Positions 62,900 through 64,000 of a DNA stretch of 64,000 bases are shown in pieces (within the stretch, counting starts at the first letter, position 1; every line of letters begins with the position of its first letter). Made by a program: the position numbers and the translations under genes. The stretch covers positions 320,001 to 384,000 of the forward strand of contig CAWBMV010000006.1 of the NCBI GenBank assembly GCA_963789955.1, given 5' to 3'. The notes below the pieces were generated by a model, which did no database searches, was not told the DNA's origin, and saw only the letters and a program-made list of their open reading frames with translations. The stretch is from an uncultured Candidatus Rokubacteria bacterium. GTDB taxonomy: Bacteria; Methylomirabilota; Methylomirabilia; Rokubacteriales; CSP1-6.

Positions 62900-63002
62900 G
62901 ATCCACTCTCCCAGGGTCGAGGTCAGAAGCTCGAGATTGCCCCGCGTCGGGGCGCGAGTCCGTCATATCCTACGCCAGGCCTGCAAGGCGGGGAGGACTA
63001 AG

Positions 63003-64000
63003 ATGACGCGCGACGAGCTCAAGCGACGTGTCGACGAGGCGATCGAGCGTCACGCCGATGAGATCATCGAGGTCGGCGAGACGATCCGCCGCCATCCGGA
63101 GCTCGGCTTCAAGGAATCGCGGACGGCCGCGCTCGTCGAGTCGAAGTTCCGCAAGCTCGGCCTGACGCCGCGCGCCGGGCTCGCGCTCACCGGTGTACGG
63201 GCCGACGTGGCCGGCGGACAGGGCCCGGGCCCCACGTTCGCGCTCCTGGGCGAGCTCGACGGGCTCGTGGTGACCGGTCATCCCGAGGCCGATCCCGTGA
63301 CGGGCGCCGCTCACGCCTGCGGCCACAATGCCCAGATCGCCGGGCTGATCGGCGCCGCGATCGGCCTGGTCACGACCAAGGCCCTCGAGCACCTCGCGGG
63401 TCGCGTGGCCCTGATGGCCGTTCCGGCCGAAGAGGGCGGCGATCTCGAATGGCGCCTCAACGAGGTTCGCGCAGGAAGACTCGAGTTCCTCGGGGGCAAG
63501 TGCGAGCTGCTGCGTCTCGGGCATCTCGACGATGTCGACATGGCGATGATGATCCACACGACGTCGCGTCCCGAGGACGGCTCGGCGTGCGTGCCCGGCT
63601 CCAACAACGGGCGCTTCGGCAAGACCGTGCGCTTCATCGGGCGCGCCGCGCACGCGGGCGGGGCGCCGCACATGGGCGTCAACGCGCTCTACGCGGCCCA
63701 GATCGCGCTGGCCGGGATCAATGCGGTCCGCGAGACCTTCCGCGACGACGACACGATCCGCGTTCACCCGATCCTGACCCACGGCGGCTCGCAGGTGAAC
63801 GTCATCCCCGGCGAGGCGCGCATCGAGACGTACGTGCGCGGCCGCACGCTCGAGGGGATCCGCGACGCCAACGAGAAGGTCGATCGCGCGCTCAGGGCCG
63901 GGGCCCTGGCGCTCGGCGCCGAGGTCGAGATCGAGACCCTGCCAGGCTATCTGCCGCTGCGCACCGACGCGACGATGGCGCGCGCCTTCCGCCGCAACGC
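63003..64000 (+). CDS. M20-family amidohydrolase, 3'-partial (not in the ORF track)
   Basis: MTRDELK..., HPELGFKE, GELD, HACGHNAQ, PAEE, GRAAHAG; GGAGG RBS. Confidence 0.9.
   Translation, partial: MTRDELKRRVDEAIERHADEIIEVGETIRRHPELGFKESRTAALVESKFRKLGLTPRAGLALTGVRADVAGGQGPGPTFALLGELDGLVVTGHPEADPVTGAAHACGHNAQIAGLIGAAIGLVTTKALEHLAGRVALMAVPAEEGGDLEWRLNEVRAGRLEFLGGKCELLRLGHLDDVDMAMMIHTTSRPEDGSACVPGSNNGRFGKTVRFIGRAAHAGGAPHMGVNALYAAQIALAGINAVRETFRDDDTIRVHPILTHGGSQVNVIPGEARIETYVRGRTLEGIRDANEKVDRALRAGALALGAEVEIETLPGYLPLRTDATMARAFRRN

Overview
This is a very GC-rich, gene-dense bacterial chromosomal window. The gene content (many ABC substrate-binding proteins, stand-alone Mo-hydroxylase subunits, TPP enzymes, amidohydrolases) is suggestive of Candidatus Rokubacteria/Methylomirabilota, which is an inference only. 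About 16 ordinary genes carry small indels, so the sequence looks like an unpolished long-read assembly and those breaks are treated as errors, not pseudogenes. No rRNA, tRNA or CRISPR array was seen. Highlights: (1) a ~2,900-aa secreted protein (12559-21320) with a duplicated 208-aa domain, 20 Cys-x12-Cys Ig-like repeats and a C-terminal galactose-oxidase-type (AA5) copper-radical domain with all ligands, preceded by a ~500-nt structured leader; (2) an Rdx/SelW-type selenoprotein (CxxU with a SECIS-like hairpin, 34917-35147) truncated by the ORF track; (3) five sigma54-type promoters with a shared upstream motif, linking SOD, DUF1328, a receiver protein, a sigma54-activator/kinase/lipoprotein operon and a PBP1B-like gene; (4) a STAS-GNAT fusion coupled to a 7TM histidine kinase; (5) a DDE-transposase IS with paired sub-terminal repeats.
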